Below are positions 9,937 to 18,614 of a DNA stretch of 64,000 nucleotides, piece by piece. The notes beneath the pieces are model-generated. The model made no database searches. It saw only the letters and a program-made list of their open reading frames with translations, and was not told the DNA's origin. How positions within the stretch are numbered: position 1 is the stretch's first letter; every line of letters starts with the position of its first letter. A program made the translations under genes and the position numbers. This stretch comes from Deltaproteobacteria bacterium (GTDB lineage Bacteria; Myxococcota_A; Polyangia; Fen-1088), in assembly GCA_033763315.1 (NCBI GenBank), contig JANRKS010000002.1, positions 352,001 to 416,000 on the forward strand. The letters are read 5' to 3'.

Positions 9937-11022
9937 ATGTACACCCTCCTGTTCAACCTTGTGCTGCGCCGCCTGCCCGCCGAGATGATTCATCATTTCG
10001 CTTTTGCGGCGCTCCGCTTGCTGATGGCCGCCCCATTGGTGGGTTGGTGCCTAAAGCGCCTGTTGCGGCCCACCGCGCCGGCGTTGCGCGTACGCGCCAT
10101 GGGGTTGGACTTTCCCAGTCCCGTGGGCCTGGCCGCAGGGTTTGACAAGAACGCGATGGCGTTCGACGCCTTGGCAGGGTTGGGCTTTGGTTTCATTGAG
10201 GTGGGCACCCTCACGGGCGAGCCGCAGCCCGGGAACCCACAACCACGGTTGTTTCGCTTGCCTGCCGATCGGGCGCTGATCAACCGCATGGGCTTTAACA
10301 ACGACGGTGCCATGGCTGCGGCCGCGCGGCTGCAAAGACGCGGATCCGGCATTGTGGGGGGCAACATCGGCAAGACCAAGGTAGTGCCGGAAGAGGCAGC
10401 GATTGCCGACTACGTGAAGAGCACGCGTGCCCTGGGCGGCGTGGTGGATTATCTCGTCGTAAATGTGAGTTCACCGAACACGCCCGGTCTGCGCAATCTG
10501 CAAGCGGTGGAGAAGCTGTCGCCTTTGCTGCAAGCGGTGCGCACGGCTTTGGATGAAGCGAGCCCTGGCAAGCGGGTGCCGTTGCTGGTGAAGATTGCCC
10601 CTGATCTGGCGGACGACGACGTGGACGCTGTGGCGGATATGGCCTTGTCGTTGGGCCTCGACGGCATCATCGCCACCAACACAACGATTTCGCGTGAGGG
10701 CCTGCGCACGCCCAAGGCCGATGTGGATGCGATTGGCGCAGGCGGGCTTTCGGGCGCGCCCGTGAAACAGCGTGCCCTGCAGGTGTTGCGACGCCTTTCA
10801 GCACGCACGCAAGGCAAATTGGTTCTTGTGGCGGCCGGTGGCATTGAAACCGCGGACGACGTTTACGAACGGCTCAAGGCCGGCGCCACTTTGGTGCAAC
10901 TTTACACGGGCTTCATCTATGGCGGGCCGCTGCTGCCTTGGCGTTTGAACCGCGGCCTGGCGGCCAAACTCGCGCGTGAGGGTGTGCCTTCTGTTCTGGC
11001 GCTCCAGAGCTTGGACGCCTAA
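9937..11022 (+). CDS. pyrD: Quinone-dependent dihydroorotate dehydrogenase (class 2)
   Basis: GLAAGFDKN, PQPGNPQPRLFRL, INRMGFNN, NVSSPNTPGLRNLQ, KIAPDL, TNTT, GGLSG. Confidence 0.96.
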   Translation: MYTLLFNLVLRRLPAEMIHHFAFAALRLLMAAPLVGWCLKRLLRPTAPALRVRAMGLDFPSPVGLAAGFDKNAMAFDALAGLGFGFIEVGTLTGEPQPGNPQPRLFRLPADRALINRMGFNNDGAMAAAARLQRRGSGIVGGNIGKTKVVPEEAAIADYVKSTRALGGVVDYLVVNVSSPNTPGLRNLQAVEKLSPLLQAVRTALDEASPGKRVPLLVKIAPDLADDDVDAVADMALSLGLDGIIATNTTISREGLRTPKADVDAIGAGGLSGAPVKQRALQVLRRLSARTQGKLVLVAAGGIETADDVYERLKAGATLVQLYTGFIYGGPLLPWRLNRGLAAKLAREGVPSVLALQSLDA

Positions 11023-13043
11023 GGGGCCACATAGCGTGCGCGCAACTCGCGGCGCATGATCTTGTTCGACGCCGTGACCGGCATGTGCGCCAACGCCACA
11101 ACGTCATGGATGCGGAACAAAGGGTTGAGCTGCGTTTTTATCGCTTCTTGCAGGCGTGGCTTCAACGCATCGGCCGGCTCTGTGGCAACGACGAACACCA
11201 CCAGGAGGCTTGGGCCCCCGCCAGGGGGCGACACGGCGATCGCCGCCGCACGAGAGACCCCATGCACACCTTCGAGCACGCGTTCGATCTCGGCGCTGCT
11301 GACCTTGATGCCGCCCAGGTTCATCGTGTCGTCGATGCGTCCGTGGGCCCGATAAAAGCCGCCTGGCAGTTGTTCAATCTGATCGCCGTGCCGGCGCAGT
11401 GGTTCACCCGCAGGCCCTGTGGGGGTGCCTTCGAAGTAAACTTGGTGATGATCGCGGTTGAGTAGCTTTTGCGAATACCCCAACGTGGGTGGCACCAAGA
11501 ACACTTCGCCGTTGTTTGTCGGCTCGCCGTGTTCATCCAGTAAAACAAAGCGTGAACCAAGGGCCGGGGTCGTGAAAGTTGCAGGTGAGGCGGGTTGCAG
11601 CAGCGTTCCGGTGATGTAGCCGCCGCCAATCTCCGTGCCGCCACAGTATTCAATGACGGGGCGATAGTGGGCCAGCATCATGAGGTAAAGGTAATCATCC
11701 GCGTTCGATGCCTCACCGGTGGACCCCAAACATTTGAGGCTCGACCAATCAAGCCCCACCATGCGATCGTCGCTGCGCCAGGTTTTGACGATGGAAGGCA
11801 CCACGCCCAACACGTTTACACGGGCGTCTGCGATGAATTCGCCGAACGCGCGCGTTGTGGGGGCGTCGTTGAATAAAGCAATGGTGCCTTGGTTGATCAA
11901 CGTGGCATAGATCAGCCAGGGACCCATCATCCAGCCGAGGTTTGTGGGCCACGCCACTACGTCACCAGGCGTGATGTCGAGGTGGTAGGCGCCATCCATC
12001 GCGCATTTGATCGGTGCCAGCTGCGTCCAAGGGATGGCCTTGGGCTCGCCGGTTGTTCCGGATGAAAATAAGATGTTGGTGACCCGATCCGGTGAACCAA
12101 CGACGGGAGCCAAGGGGGCGCTGGCGGGGGCATTTGCCAAGAAACTTTCCCACGTCACATCGCCGGCACGCAACGCCACACCTTGGCTTTGCAACACAAC
12201 GGCTTGGGGCGGCGCCGCTTGCAGCACCTTTTCGTAAAGCGCCAGACGTTTGCCGCCCCGATCAACAACACCCACGGTGAAGATCGCTTTGGCACCCGAC
12301 AAACGCAGGCGCGTGGCCACTTCGGCAGGAGCCATGGAATCGGCGATGGACACCACCACCATACCCGCGGCCACGATGCCCAAGTAAAGCGAAACGCTTT
12401 CTGCGATCATCGGCATGTTGATGGCCACGGCGTCGCCCTCACCGAGTCCGTGGGCGCGCAAGGCCGCAGCGATGTTTGCCACCTGTGTTTGCAGCTGCGC
12501 ATAAGTCACCGTGACCAGCGGTTGCCCCGGCGATTGCCAAACGATCGCCGCGCTTTGAGGCTGACCACGCAAGCAGCTGTCAATGATGCTCAGCTGCGCC
12601 TCGGGCAACCAGCGCGCGTTTTCCGTGCCGTCCTTCAGGTCCACAATGCGGTGGGGTGGCTTCGCAAACACGATGCCTAGATCGGCAAGGGCGTGTCGCC
12701 AAAACGCCTCTGGGTCGTTGACGCTGAGGGCGTGCAACGCATCCACGGTGCGGACGGCATGTGTTCGCAGCAACTGCGCCACGCGGCTTTCGCGTTCATC
12801 CCGTGCTGTGGGCAACCACGCGGGCGGTGGGCCCGCTGTGATTGGCCAGGCCTCGAACACGTGTTGGTAAAGACGCTGATGAATGGCGAACGGAACCGAT
12901 GGCGTCAGATGGTGCGCGGTCAGTTCGCGCCAGCACGTGGCGGCGTTGCCCTCGGTCAGCCACCGCTGCACATCGCCGAGCCACAGGGACGCCTGCGCGT
13001 CATCCACGCCAAGCGCCAACAAATCTGCGTGGGCGGTCGCCAT
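11019..13043 (-). CDS. AMP-dependent acyl-CoA synthetase (acetate-CoA ligase-like)
   Basis: AMP-binding P-loop ILFSSGTTGEPK, YCGGTEIGG, GRIDDTMNLGGIK, TASNKIMRR. Confidence 0.9.
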   Translation of the reverse strand: MATAHADLLALGVDDAQASLWLGDVQRWLTEGNAATCWRELTAHHLTPSVPFAIHQRLYQHVFEAWPITAGPPPAWLPTARDERESRVAQLLRTHAVRTVDALHALSVNDPEAFWRHALADLGIVFAKPPHRIVDLKDGTENARWLPEAQLSIIDSCLRGQPQSAAIVWQSPGQPLVTVTYAQLQTQVANIAAALRAHGLGEGDAVAINMPMIAESVSLYLGIVAAGMVVVSIADSMAPAEVATRLRLSGAKAIFTVGVVDRGGKRLALYEKVLQAAPPQAVVLQSQGVALRAGDVTWESFLANAPASAPLAPVVGSPDRVTNILFSSGTTGEPKAIPWTQLAPIKCAMDGAYHLDITPGDVVAWPTNLGWMMGPWLIYATLINQGTIALFNDAPTTRAFGEFIADARVNVLGVVPSIVKTWRSDDRMVGLDWSSLKCLGSTGEASNADDYLYLMMLAHYRPVIEYCGGTEIGGGYITGTLLQPASPATFTTPALGSRFVLLDEHGEPTNNGEVFLVPPTLGYSQKLLNRDHHQVYFEGTPTGPAGEPLRRHGDQIEQLPGGFYRAHGRIDDTMNLGGIKVSSAEIERVLEGVHGVSRAAAIAVSPPGGGPSLLVVFVVATEPADALKPRLQEAIKTQLNPLFRIHDVVALAHMPVTASNKIMRRELRARYVAP

Positions 13044-13053
13044 CGCCGCGAGT

Positions 13054-13629
13054 TTACTCTAGAAGCCGCATGCCCCCAAACGTCTCGCCGTTCATCTGCA
13101 CCTCAAAAACCGCGGTGTTGGGCACGGGGGCAATGGCCACGCCGCTCAACACCGAAAGCAGAACGCGCAACGAGCCTCCGTGGGTGACCACCAGCGCCGT
13201 GGCGGAAGCGGTTCGCAACACATGCAACACGGCCTCATGAACGCGTGCAATGACAAGTTCATGCGGCTCGGCGCCGGGTGGTGTGATGCGTTTGTCTTCT
13301 TGGTAATCAGACCACTCGGTGGGATACCGCGCCGCCACCTCTTCGCGCGTGAGGCCCTCAAACACACCAAAGCTGCGCTCGCGCAACCGGTGATCCACAT
13401 GCACCGTGGCGATGCCGAGGTGCTGCGCCACGATTTCAGCGGTTTGCCGCGCGCGGGCCAGATCGCTTGCGACGATGTGCCCAATCTGCAACGCCGAAAG
13501 CCGCGCCGCCAAAGCCGCCGCCTGGGCGCGCCCGGTTTCATTGAGCGCGATGTCCGTGTGGCCTTGCCAGCGGCCTTCTTTATTCCAGTCGGTCTCGCCG
13601 TGGCGGGTTAAGTAAAGCTTGGTGGTCAT
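13054..13629 (-). CDS. Histidine phosphatase / phosphoglycerate mutase family protein
   Basis: LTRHGETDWN, SDLARARQTA, LRERSFGVFEG, VTHGG. Confidence 0.93.
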   Translation of the reverse strand: MTTKLYLTRHGETDWNKEGRWQGHTDIALNETGRAQAAALAARLSALQIGHIVASDLARARQTAEIVAQHLGIATVHVDHRLRERSFGVFEGLTREEVAARYPTEWSDYQEDKRITPPGAEPHELVIARVHEAVLHVLRTASATALVVTHGGSLRVLLSVLSGVAIAPVPNTAVFEVQMNGETFGGMRLLE

Positions 13630-13770
13630 AAGCCGTGGTTTCGTCTGAGCGCCGCGAAGTCAAATTCGGTTCGGCCAGACATGGGCTTGCCTGAGAGGAT
13701 GACGAAAAGCAAGTCGGTGATTGCGCCAAAGCACGGCAGGCGGCCACCGTGGCGCCTGCGGGGCATACGA

Positions 13771-14910
13771 TTACAAGCACGCGCCCGGAGGTACACGCGC
13801 GGCGATGACCTGCCAGCCATCGCGTCGCACGTAGATGTTGTCGCCGCTGGCGATCGGCCCAGGGCTGCCTCGCCAGGTGGGCTCCGGGCGCTTCGTCCAA
13901 GTTAGACCGTCTTGGCTCCAGCGGTTGCCGTCGGCGTTGGTGGAAACATAGAACCAGCTGCCATCAAACATCACGAAGTCCGCCTGGCTTTTGCCACACG
14001 GCTGCCAAGCGTCACTGCCATCCACCAACACCTTGCAACCTGGTTTTCCTGTCGCTTGTCCCCACACCGCCACAAAACGTCCGTTGCCATAAGCCACGCG
14101 GCCCCAGCCGTCACCATTGCCGCCTTGAAACACCCACTGCACGGACTCCGCTGCCGTTGATGGCTTCAAGATCGCTGTGCCTTCGTCGCAGATCGCCACC
14201 GCTCGTCCACCGCCACTGGCCATGAACCGCGCTGTGCAAGCGCCAGATGTGGGCTTGCTCCACGTGACGCCGCGGTCGCGTGAATATCGACGTTCGCCAT
14301 TGCCGCCAGCCACGACCCACACTGGCCCTGTGGCTGCTTGCACAACACCCGCGGCCGACATCCAGTTGCCCCTACCGGTGATGCGTGGGGTCCAGTTAAC
14401 GCCGTCCTCACTTGTGTGAACCTTGATCACGTCCGAGCCCGTTTCGTTTCCTCCGCCCGCCGCGATCAAAAGCCCATGCGCCTGATCCACGAAGCGAAAC
14501 CCGCGAGGCTCGGCATTCGTCATGTTTGCGGCCTTCCATAGCCGGCCATCGCAGGTCCATTCGATCGATGAATTCGCTTCGACCCACACAAACATCAACG
14601 CACCCTTGGCAGCCGGGCTTGTGCCCCCAGCGCCGCCCGCCCCGCCAGCCCCGCCAGTGATTGTGATCATTGTGGCGCCTGCGATGCCGCCATTTCCTCC
14701 GGCGCCACCCACGCCTGTGGCACCGCCGCTGGCCATCGTGTCCGTCTGTGTTCCTCCCGCGCCGCCCTCGCCACCAGCGCCGCCCTCGGATGAACCGCTT
14801 GAACCGTCTTCATCATCGGCCGTGGCCGCATCGTTGGGTACGCCACCGCAACCAAGAAGTACGCACGCACCTGCAGCCACAAACACGAAATGTCGGCAAA
14901 AACTACCCAT
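13771..14910 (-). CDS. Lipoprotein with Gly-rich linker and BNR/Asp-box-like repeats
   Basis: Lipobox LLGC, GGAGG repeats, Asp-box-like TSEDGVNW, YSRDRGVTW, WSQDGLTW and VAYGNGRFV. Confidence 0.7.
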   Translation of the reverse strand: MGSFCRHFVFVAAGACVLLGCGGVPNDAATADDEDGSSGSSEGGAGGEGGAGGTQTDTMASGGATGVGGAGGNGGIAGATMITITGGAGGAGGAGGTSPAAKGALMFVWVEANSSIEWTCDGRLWKAANMTNAEPRGFRFVDQAHGLLIAAGGGNETGSDVIKVHTSEDGVNWTPRITGRGNWMSAAGVVQAATGPVWVVAGGNGERRYSRDRGVTWSKPTSGACTARFMASGGGRAVAICDEGTAILKPSTAAESVQWVFQGGNGDGWGRVAYGNGRFVAVWGQATGKPGCKVLVDGSDAWQPCGKSQADFVMFDGSWFYVSTNADGNRWSQDGLTWTKRPEPTWRGSPGPIASGDNIYVRRDGWQVIAARVPPGACL

Positions 14911-15029
14911 GCCAAGCCTCCGATTTGTCGCCAAGCGAACCACAAGCTTGGCGCAGGCGTGAATCATAACGGCCTTGCGCCCGGTGGTCAGTGGTAGGAA
15001 TGGGCCAAGAAACGGGGCAGGGGACGATT

Positions 15030-16274
15030 CTAGGCAACAGGCTCGTGGGCCGCTTCGGTGGATTTCGGCAGCACCGCGAGCACAAGCAAAGCCGGGACGA
15101 TGAATGAGGCTGTGATCAAGAAGAAGGCACCCCAACCCACCGCGGTGGCAAGGTAGCCGGAGAACCCAGCCAGCAACAATCCGCCCAAAGTTGAGAGGCT
15201 GGTCAGCAGCGCGTATTGCGTGGCGCTGTAGCGGGTGGTGCACAAGGACATCAAAAAAGCGACAAAGGCGGCCGAACTCATGCCGCCGGCCATGTTGTCG
15301 ATTGCCACCGCGACGGCCAACATCGCGTAGCTTTTTCCCGTGTACGCCAGCGCGGCGTAGAGCACATTGGTGATCGCCGCCAAGGCGCCAAACAGCACGA
15401 GTGGTTTGCGCAATCCCGCGCGCGCCACAACCGCACCGCCCAACACGGCCCCAACGATGGTGGCGACCGAGCCGAAAACTTTGTTGAGGCTTCCCACTTC
15501 TGTTTGCGTGAAGCCAACCGTCTTCAACAAAAACGGCGTCACCATCGTGGCCGCAATCGAATCCCCCACGCGAAACAGAATGACGAACACCGCTGCGAGC
15601 CAGGCACCTTTGCGCGTGAAAAAATCCACCAATGGTTCAACAACCGCTTCGCCCAAAGTTTGTGGCGTGCGCACGGTGATGGGCTCGGGCGCTTTCCATG
15701 TGGCCCACATCGTGGCACCCACCAACACTGCAAAGCCAAAATACAAAACGCGCCACGTGAGACGGGTGGCCAACATCAACGCTAAGCCGTTCGTCAAAAA
15801 CAAAGCCACTCGGTAGCCCGTAACGAACGTGGCGGTGCCCGCCGCTCGCTCATTCTCTGGCAACAAGTCCGTGCGGTGCGCGTCCGCCACGATGTCGAAA
15901 CTGGCGGAGCAAAAGGCGAGGGCCAACGCCAGGGCGGCCACGGTCAGAGAACCTGCGCGTCCCCCCGTCAGGCCAAGGCCAACAATGAACATCATCATCA
16001 GCGCTTGGCAGAGCAGCATCCACCCACGCCTGCGTCCCGCCCACGGCAGTTGGTAACGATCCAAAAACGGGGCCCACAGAAATTTGAGGCTGTAAGGCGC
16101 ACCCACCCAAGCGAACAACCCCACCGTTGTGATCGACACGCCCTCAACCGTCATCCACGTTTGCAGGCTGCCTCGGCTGAGCATATAGGGCAGCCCCGAG
16201 GCCAAGCCGATCGGTGTTAACCAACCGACACGGGCAGAGCGGAACACGGAGAAGAATCCCTTGGATATCGCCAT
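15030..16274 (-). CDS. ampG: AmpG-family muropeptide MFS permease
   Basis: GLASGLP, PYSLKFLWAPFLD, GRRRGW, SASFDIVADA, YSATQYALLTSL. Confidence 0.92.
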   Translation of the reverse strand: MAISKGFFSVFRSARVGWLTPIGLASGLPYMLSRGSLQTWMTVEGVSITTVGLFAWVGAPYSLKFLWAPFLDRYQLPWAGRRRGWMLLCQALMMMFIVGLGLTGGRAGSLTVAALALALAFCSASFDIVADAHRTDLLPENERAAGTATFVTGYRVALFLTNGLALMLATRLTWRVLYFGFAVLVGATMWATWKAPEPITVRTPQTLGEAVVEPLVDFFTRKGAWLAAVFVILFRVGDSIAATMVTPFLLKTVGFTQTEVGSLNKVFGSVATIVGAVLGGAVVARAGLRKPLVLFGALAAITNVLYAALAYTGKSYAMLAVAVAIDNMAGGMSSAAFVAFLMSLCTTRYSATQYALLTSLSTLGGLLLAGFSGYLATAVGWGAFFLITASFIVPALLVLAVLPKSTEAAHEPVA

Positions 16275-16346
16275 AAGGTGGTGGCCATCTTAGGCGCCAG
16301 GCCCACATTTGGCACGATTTGCCACAGCGGGGTTGCAACAAATCCC

Positions 16347-18032
16347 ATGTCCGATAAGTCTGTGGCCATGCAGTTGCAGAACCTTTGGGTTGTGGTGGTT
16401 GGCGCTTTGCTGCTGGCACCGGGCTGCGCGATGATGGGAAGCCCCACAACGCGCAAGATCGACGAGCTCAACAACAAGGCCATGGCCGAGTGGAAAGCCG
16501 GCAAACCACAAAAAGCCGAGGAGCAGCTCAAAGACGCGCTCGATTTGGCGAACAAACAGAAGGTGGCCGACCACCCGTCTGTCGCGCAGACGCACATGAA
16601 CTTGGGTGTTGTGTCAGCGTCCTCGGGGCAGCGGAAAAAGGCCGTAGACGAAATGGTCAAGGCGCTTTTGATCGCGCCAAAATTGGAGCCCAACAAGGCG
16701 CATCGAAACGCAAAGGTGGATAAGGCCTTTGCCAGCGCACAGAAACGCGCTGAAGCCGAACGTAAGCTGAAAGCGCAGCAGAAGCCCGCGCCCGTGGTTG
16801 TGGCCGCCGCGCCACCACCTTCTGCCGCCAAGGTGGAAGAGAAGCCGGCCCCGCCTTCGCCCCCTGTGGTGGTGGAGACGAAGGGCAAAGGCAAAAAGAA
16901 AGGCAAGCGCGGCGCCCCTGTGGCCGAGGCCGAGAAGACCACGCCGCCCCCCGCGCCAGCCAAGGCTGAAGCCACCAAACCTGAACCCACCAAGCCTGAG
17001 CCTGTGACGGTGGCTCCTGTCGCGCCCCCGGCCGACGGGCTGGTTGAAGCGGCCCTTCCGGATCCTGTGCCAGAGCCCGTATTTTGCCCGCTGCAAGATG
17101 AGGTGCCGCCGGGCAAAGATCTGCCGTTTTTCTGCGCTCTCGATCCATCGTTGCATGCGAAGAAGGCCGTTCTATTTGTGCGGCCTCCCGATCAAGCTGA
17201 ATTCACCAAGCTTGAGATGCAGCGGTCGCCCCAAGGCTGGTGGGGGGCTGTGGTGCCGGGCGCCACCGTGAAGGGCAACCTTTTGCAATTCTACGTCGAG
17301 GCTGCCAAGTCCAATGGCGAGCCCGTGTCTACCGCCGGCAACAGCGAAAGCCCGAACTTCGTGCTTGTGCGCCCTGGCGTGCGTGCCGCGCGGCCTGTGA
17401 TCACGCAAGCCTTTCTTGATGGCGATGATGTGCCACCGCCCGTGGTTGAAGCCGCACCGCCGCCGCCGCCCGCCGGGTTCGAGTGGAAGAAGGTGTGGAT
17501 CGCGTTCGGCGCCGGATCGGCCTATGGCTGGCACAGCACGCAGAAACTCGAGTTCCGCCAAGAAATGGAAGAGCCTTCGGGCACCGCGTCCGCCGGCACT
17601 TTCCACGTGCTGCCCGAGGTCGGATATCGCCTTAATGAACGGTGGTCCGCGTCGCTGCAGGTGCGTTTTCAAGTGCTGCCGAATGAAGGCACCACGGGCG
17701 GTCGTCCGGGTGGCCCCGCCCCGGCGGCATTCTCGGCGCTTTTGCGCGGCCTTTATGAAGTGCCCCTCACCCAGAGGCTGAGCCTTTCAGGCAGTGCATA
17801 TTTGGGCGGTGGCGAAGGGGCGCGCTTTGTGACCGATCCCGTTCCCACGCAAGGCCGCGCCGGCACTGACAGCGTTCGCACCGGGCCGGTCTTGGTTGGT
17901 GTGGGCGTGGGGGGCTTCTTTGGTGTTACCCAGCGCTTGGCTGTCAGCGCTGAGCTGCGTTCGCTCGTAGGTCTGCCCGACTTCGGTGTATTGGGCGAGG
18001 TGAACCTCGGTTTGCGCTACAGCTTTCAATGA
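16347..18032 (+). CDS. TPR lipoprotein with Pro/Lys-rich linker and probable C-terminal outer-membrane beta-barrel
   Basis: LLLAPGC lipobox-like, TPR (AQTHMNLGVV...KALLIAP), Pro/Ala/Lys linker, amphipathic beta-strands ending GLRYSFQ. Start 16347 or 16368. Confidence 0.65.
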   Translation: MSDKSVAMQLQNLWVVVVGALLLAPGCAMMGSPTTRKIDELNNKAMAEWKAGKPQKAEEQLKDALDLANKQKVADHPSVAQTHMNLGVVSASSGQRKKAVDEMVKALLIAPKLEPNKAHRNAKVDKAFASAQKRAEAERKLKAQQKPAPVVVAAAPPPSAAKVEEKPAPPSPPVVVETKGKGKKKGKRGAPVAEAEKTTPPPAPAKAEATKPEPTKPEPVTVAPVAPPADGLVEAALPDPVPEPVFCPLQDEVPPGKDLPFFCALDPSLHAKKAVLFVRPPDQAEFTKLEMQRSPQGWWGAVVPGATVKGNLLQFYVEAAKSNGEPVSTAGNSESPNFVLVRPGVRAARPVITQAFLDGDDVPPPVVEAAPPPPPAGFEWKKVWIAFGAGSAYGWHSTQKLEFRQEMEEPSGTASAGTFHVLPEVGYRLNERWSASLQVRFQVLPNEGTTGGRPGGPAPAAFSALLRGLYEVPLTQRLSLSGSAYLGGGEGARFVTDPVPTQGRAGTDSVRTGPVLVGVGVGGFFGVTQRLAVSAELRSLVGLPDFGVLGEVNLGLRYSFQ

Positions 18033-18036
18033 ACTT

Positions 18037-18531
18037 ATGAGCGAAACGTTGTGCCCTTGTGGCAGCGGCGATGGCTATGACGTGTGTTGCGGGCCGGCTT
18101 TGCAAGGCCGACCCGCCCGCACGGCTTTGGCGCTCATGCGTTCGCGCTATACGGCGTACGTTGAGAAGAACATCGACTACATCGTGGCCACCGCCGACCC
18201 ACAACGGCGCTCGCAAGTCGACCGCGTGGCATCGCAAAAGTGGGCAGATGAAGCCACGTGGCATGGCCTTTCGATCATCGATGTCGTTGATGGTGGGCCC
18301 GACGATAAAGCAGGTTTCGTTGAATTCGTGGTCCGCTATTCGGCCGCGCAAGAGGAGCGTGAACATCGCGAGCGGTCGCGTTTTCGCAAAATCGGCGGCC
18401 GCTGGCATTACATCGATGCCGTGACCACGAAGACGGAGCCCCTGCGTGCCGGCCCCAAGACCGAACGCAACGCGCCTTGTCCCTGTGGCAGCGGCAAAAA
18501 GTTCAAGCGCTGTCACGGGGCCGCCGCTTAA
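18037..18531 (+). CDS. ychJ: YchJ family SEC-C motif protein
   Basis: CPCGSG at both ends, ALMRSRYTAY, HRERSRF, RNAPCPCGSGKKFKRCH. Confidence 0.93.
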   Translation: MSETLCPCGSGDGYDVCCGPALQGRPARTALALMRSRYTAYVEKNIDYIVATADPQRRSQVDRVASQKWADEATWHGLSIIDVVDGGPDDKAGFVEFVVRYSAAQEEREHRERSRFRKIGGRWHYIDAVTTKTEPLRAGPKTERNAPCPCGSGKKFKRCHGAAA

Positions 18532-18614
18532 ACGTGATTTCGAGATCGCATGCAAATCGCTTGCAACTTTTGCGTGCCCAGCGACGATAACCGGTACGCC
18601 GGAATCAACTCGCC

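Noticed and set aside
13626-13820. Possible frameshifted continuation of the BNR lipoprotein
   Set aside because: The alternative frames show no convincing Asp-box repeats; truncation cannot be supported without homologues.
16310-16323. TGGCACGATTTGC as a sigma-54 promoter
   Set aside because: GG-to-GC spacing is 8 nt rather than the required 10.
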